A model generated the notes under the pieces. The model had not been told where the DNA came from and did no database searches. It was given only the letters and a program-made list of their open reading frames with translations. This document shows, piece after piece, positions 59,499 through 60,733 of a DNA stretch of 60,733 bases. A program made the translations under genes and the position numbers. This DNA comes from Candidatus Nomurabacteria bacterium RIFCSPHIGHO2_01_FULL_40_20 (GTDB taxonomy: Bacteria; Patescibacteriota; Minisyncoccia; Phycocordibacterales; UBA9973): contig MFTO01000005.1 in assembly GCA_001786835.1 (NCBI GenBank), forward strand, positions 1 through 60,733. Direction: 5' to 3'. The first letter of the stretch is position 1. The number at the start of each line of letters is the position of its first letter.

Positions 59499-60733
59499 AT
59501 GCAAAACTTTTGGCACAAAATGAAAATGATTTGGACAGACTCTTCTCTTCGAGGCAAGGTGCTTTTTGTGCTTGGCGCCTTAGTTGTCTTCAGATTGCTT
59601 TCTGCAATTCCGATTCCGGGTATTGACGCTTTTCAGCTAGAGAGTTTTCTCACAAATAACCAATTCTTCGGGATTTTAAATATTTTCTCCGGAGGCGGAC
59701 TTTCCAACTTATCTATTATCATGCTCGGTGTAGGGCCTTACATCACCGCCTCCATCATCATGCAACTTTTGACTATCATGGTTCCAGCTTTAAAAAAGCT
59801 CTATCATGAAGAAGGGGAAGCAGGTAGGAAAAAATTTACCCAATATTCCAGACTTTTGACGGTGCCACTGGCCGCTATTCAGGGGTTTTCTCTTTTGGCA
59901 ATTTTAGAGAATCAAGGAATTTTATTTGATTTAACTTCATTTGACCGCATTGTGAATCTGGTAATAGTGGTCGCCGGAGCGATGCTTATCATGTGGATAG
60001 GTGAGCTTATCTCTGAGTTTGGTATCGGCAACGGTGTCTCTATCATAATATTCGCGGGTATCGTGGCTTCAATGCCTTCGCAGGTTTCCCAACTTCTATT
60101 TACTTTCGACCAGTCTTTAATACCGACCTACGCTTTATTCTTAGTGGCGGGAATTTTAATTGTTATGGGTGTGGTGGTGGTCACGGAAGCTGAACGACCC
60201 ATACCGGTCACCTATGCCAAACGGGTGCGCGGGGCGAAAGTCTACGGCGGGGGTTCTACTTATCTGCCACTGCGGGTAAATCAAGCGGGTGTGATTCCGA
60301 TAATCTTTGCGCTTTCCCTTTTGCTTTTTCCGCAGATGATAGGAAACTTTTTAGCGAGTTCTTCTAATGCAATTTTAGCGAAAATTTCGACAATACTTCT
60401 GTCTTTTTCTCAAACTTCTATTCTCTACGCTGTGCTTTATTTTATTTTGGTATTTCTATTTACCTATTTCTATACTGCGGTCACTTTTGATCCTGAAGCG
60501 CTTTCAAATAATTTGCAGAAAAATGGGGCGTTTATTCCGGGCATTCGACCAGGAGCTTCTACTTCCACCTATATCTCCAAAGTTTTGACTCGAATTACGC
60601 TTTTAGGGGCGGTTTTTCTAGGGTTTATCGCGGTGCTTCCAATTATAATGCAATCGGTAACTGGCATTGCGACCTTGGCGCTCGGCGGTACGGCGCTTCT
60701 CATCGTCGTCTCGGTGGTTTTAGACCTCATCAA
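59499..60733 (+). CDS. secY: Preprotein translocase subunit SecY (3' end outside the window)
   Basis: My own translation: MQNFWHKMKMIWTDSSLRGKVLFVLGALVVFRLLSAIPIPGID...IFSGGGLSNLSIIMLGVGPYITASIIMQLLT. The frame is open to the window edge. Confidence 0.95.
   Translation, partial: MQNFWHKMKMIWTDSSLRGKVLFVLGALVVFRLLSAIPIPGIDAFQLESFLTNNQFFGILNIFSGGGLSNLSIIMLGVGPYITASIIMQLLTIMVPALKKLYHEEGEAGRKKFTQYSRLLTVPLAAIQGFSLLAILENQGILFDLTSFDRIVNLVIVVAGAMLIMWIGELISEFGIGNGVSIIIFAGIVASMPSQVSQLLFTFDQSLIPTYALFLVAGILIVMGVVVVTEAERPIPVTYAKRVRGAKVYGGGSTYLPLRVNQAGVIPIIFALSLLLFPQMIGNFLASSSNAILAKISTILLSFSQTSILYAVLYFILVFLFTYFYTAVTFDPEALSNNLQKNGAFIPGIRPGASTSTYISKVLTRITLLGAVFLGFIAVLPIIMQSVTGIATLALGGTALLIVVSVVLDLI

Overview
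AT-rich, gene-dense bacterial window that uses standard stop codons (TGA terminates pyrF, rpsJ and others). The content looks like a small-genome Candidate Phyla Radiation (Parcubacteria-like) organism; this placement is an inference, not tested. Supporting points: rpsE is followed directly by rplO with no rpmD (L30), rplK is not followed by rplA, and pilMNO is present. The left third holds DNA repair and housekeeping genes: uvrA (partial), uvrC, mutM, ruvA, ruvX, rpsT, glmS, tdh-kbl, rplS, murB and tsaC. It also holds a P-type ATPase, secreted repeat and metalloprotease proteins, and eight tRNA genes plus one decayed tRNA-His copy. The right two thirds is a heavily rearranged ribosomal super-cluster (secE-nusG-rplK ... 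rpsL-rpsG-fusA ... tuf-rpsJ ... rplO-secY). Foreign blocks interrupt the cluster at four points. (1) A queuosine-precursor-transporter/folate/thymidylate block, a DEAD-box helicase and a brnTA cassette sit between rplK and rpsL. (2) pyrCDEF sits between fusA and tuf. (3) A Phd/RelE-type toxin-antitoxin pair with its own terminator and promoter sits between rplB and rpsS. (4) A four-gene island of unknown function lies between rplE and rpsN, with its own promoter and terminator. It encodes a secreted protein, two possibly paralogous small proteins and a protein with a caspase/legumain-like His...Cys arrangement. This island is my best candidate for an undescribed system. Superimposed on this are several families of short GC-rich hairpin or palindrome elements. 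Some are inserted in frame inside core genes (LPAQAG in uvrC/ruvA/fusA; NPPAGG in kbl/pyrC). Others are CCGAC/GTCGG tandem hairpins that even form the C-terminal tails of L19 and L22. There are two copies of a three-helix structured element with compensatory changes in r-protein spacers. The 3' ends of fusA and rpmB are duplicated. At 13 gene starts a -10 box sits exactly 6 nt upstream of the start codon, implying leaderless mRNAs. No rRNA, CRISPR array, transposase or integrase was seen.
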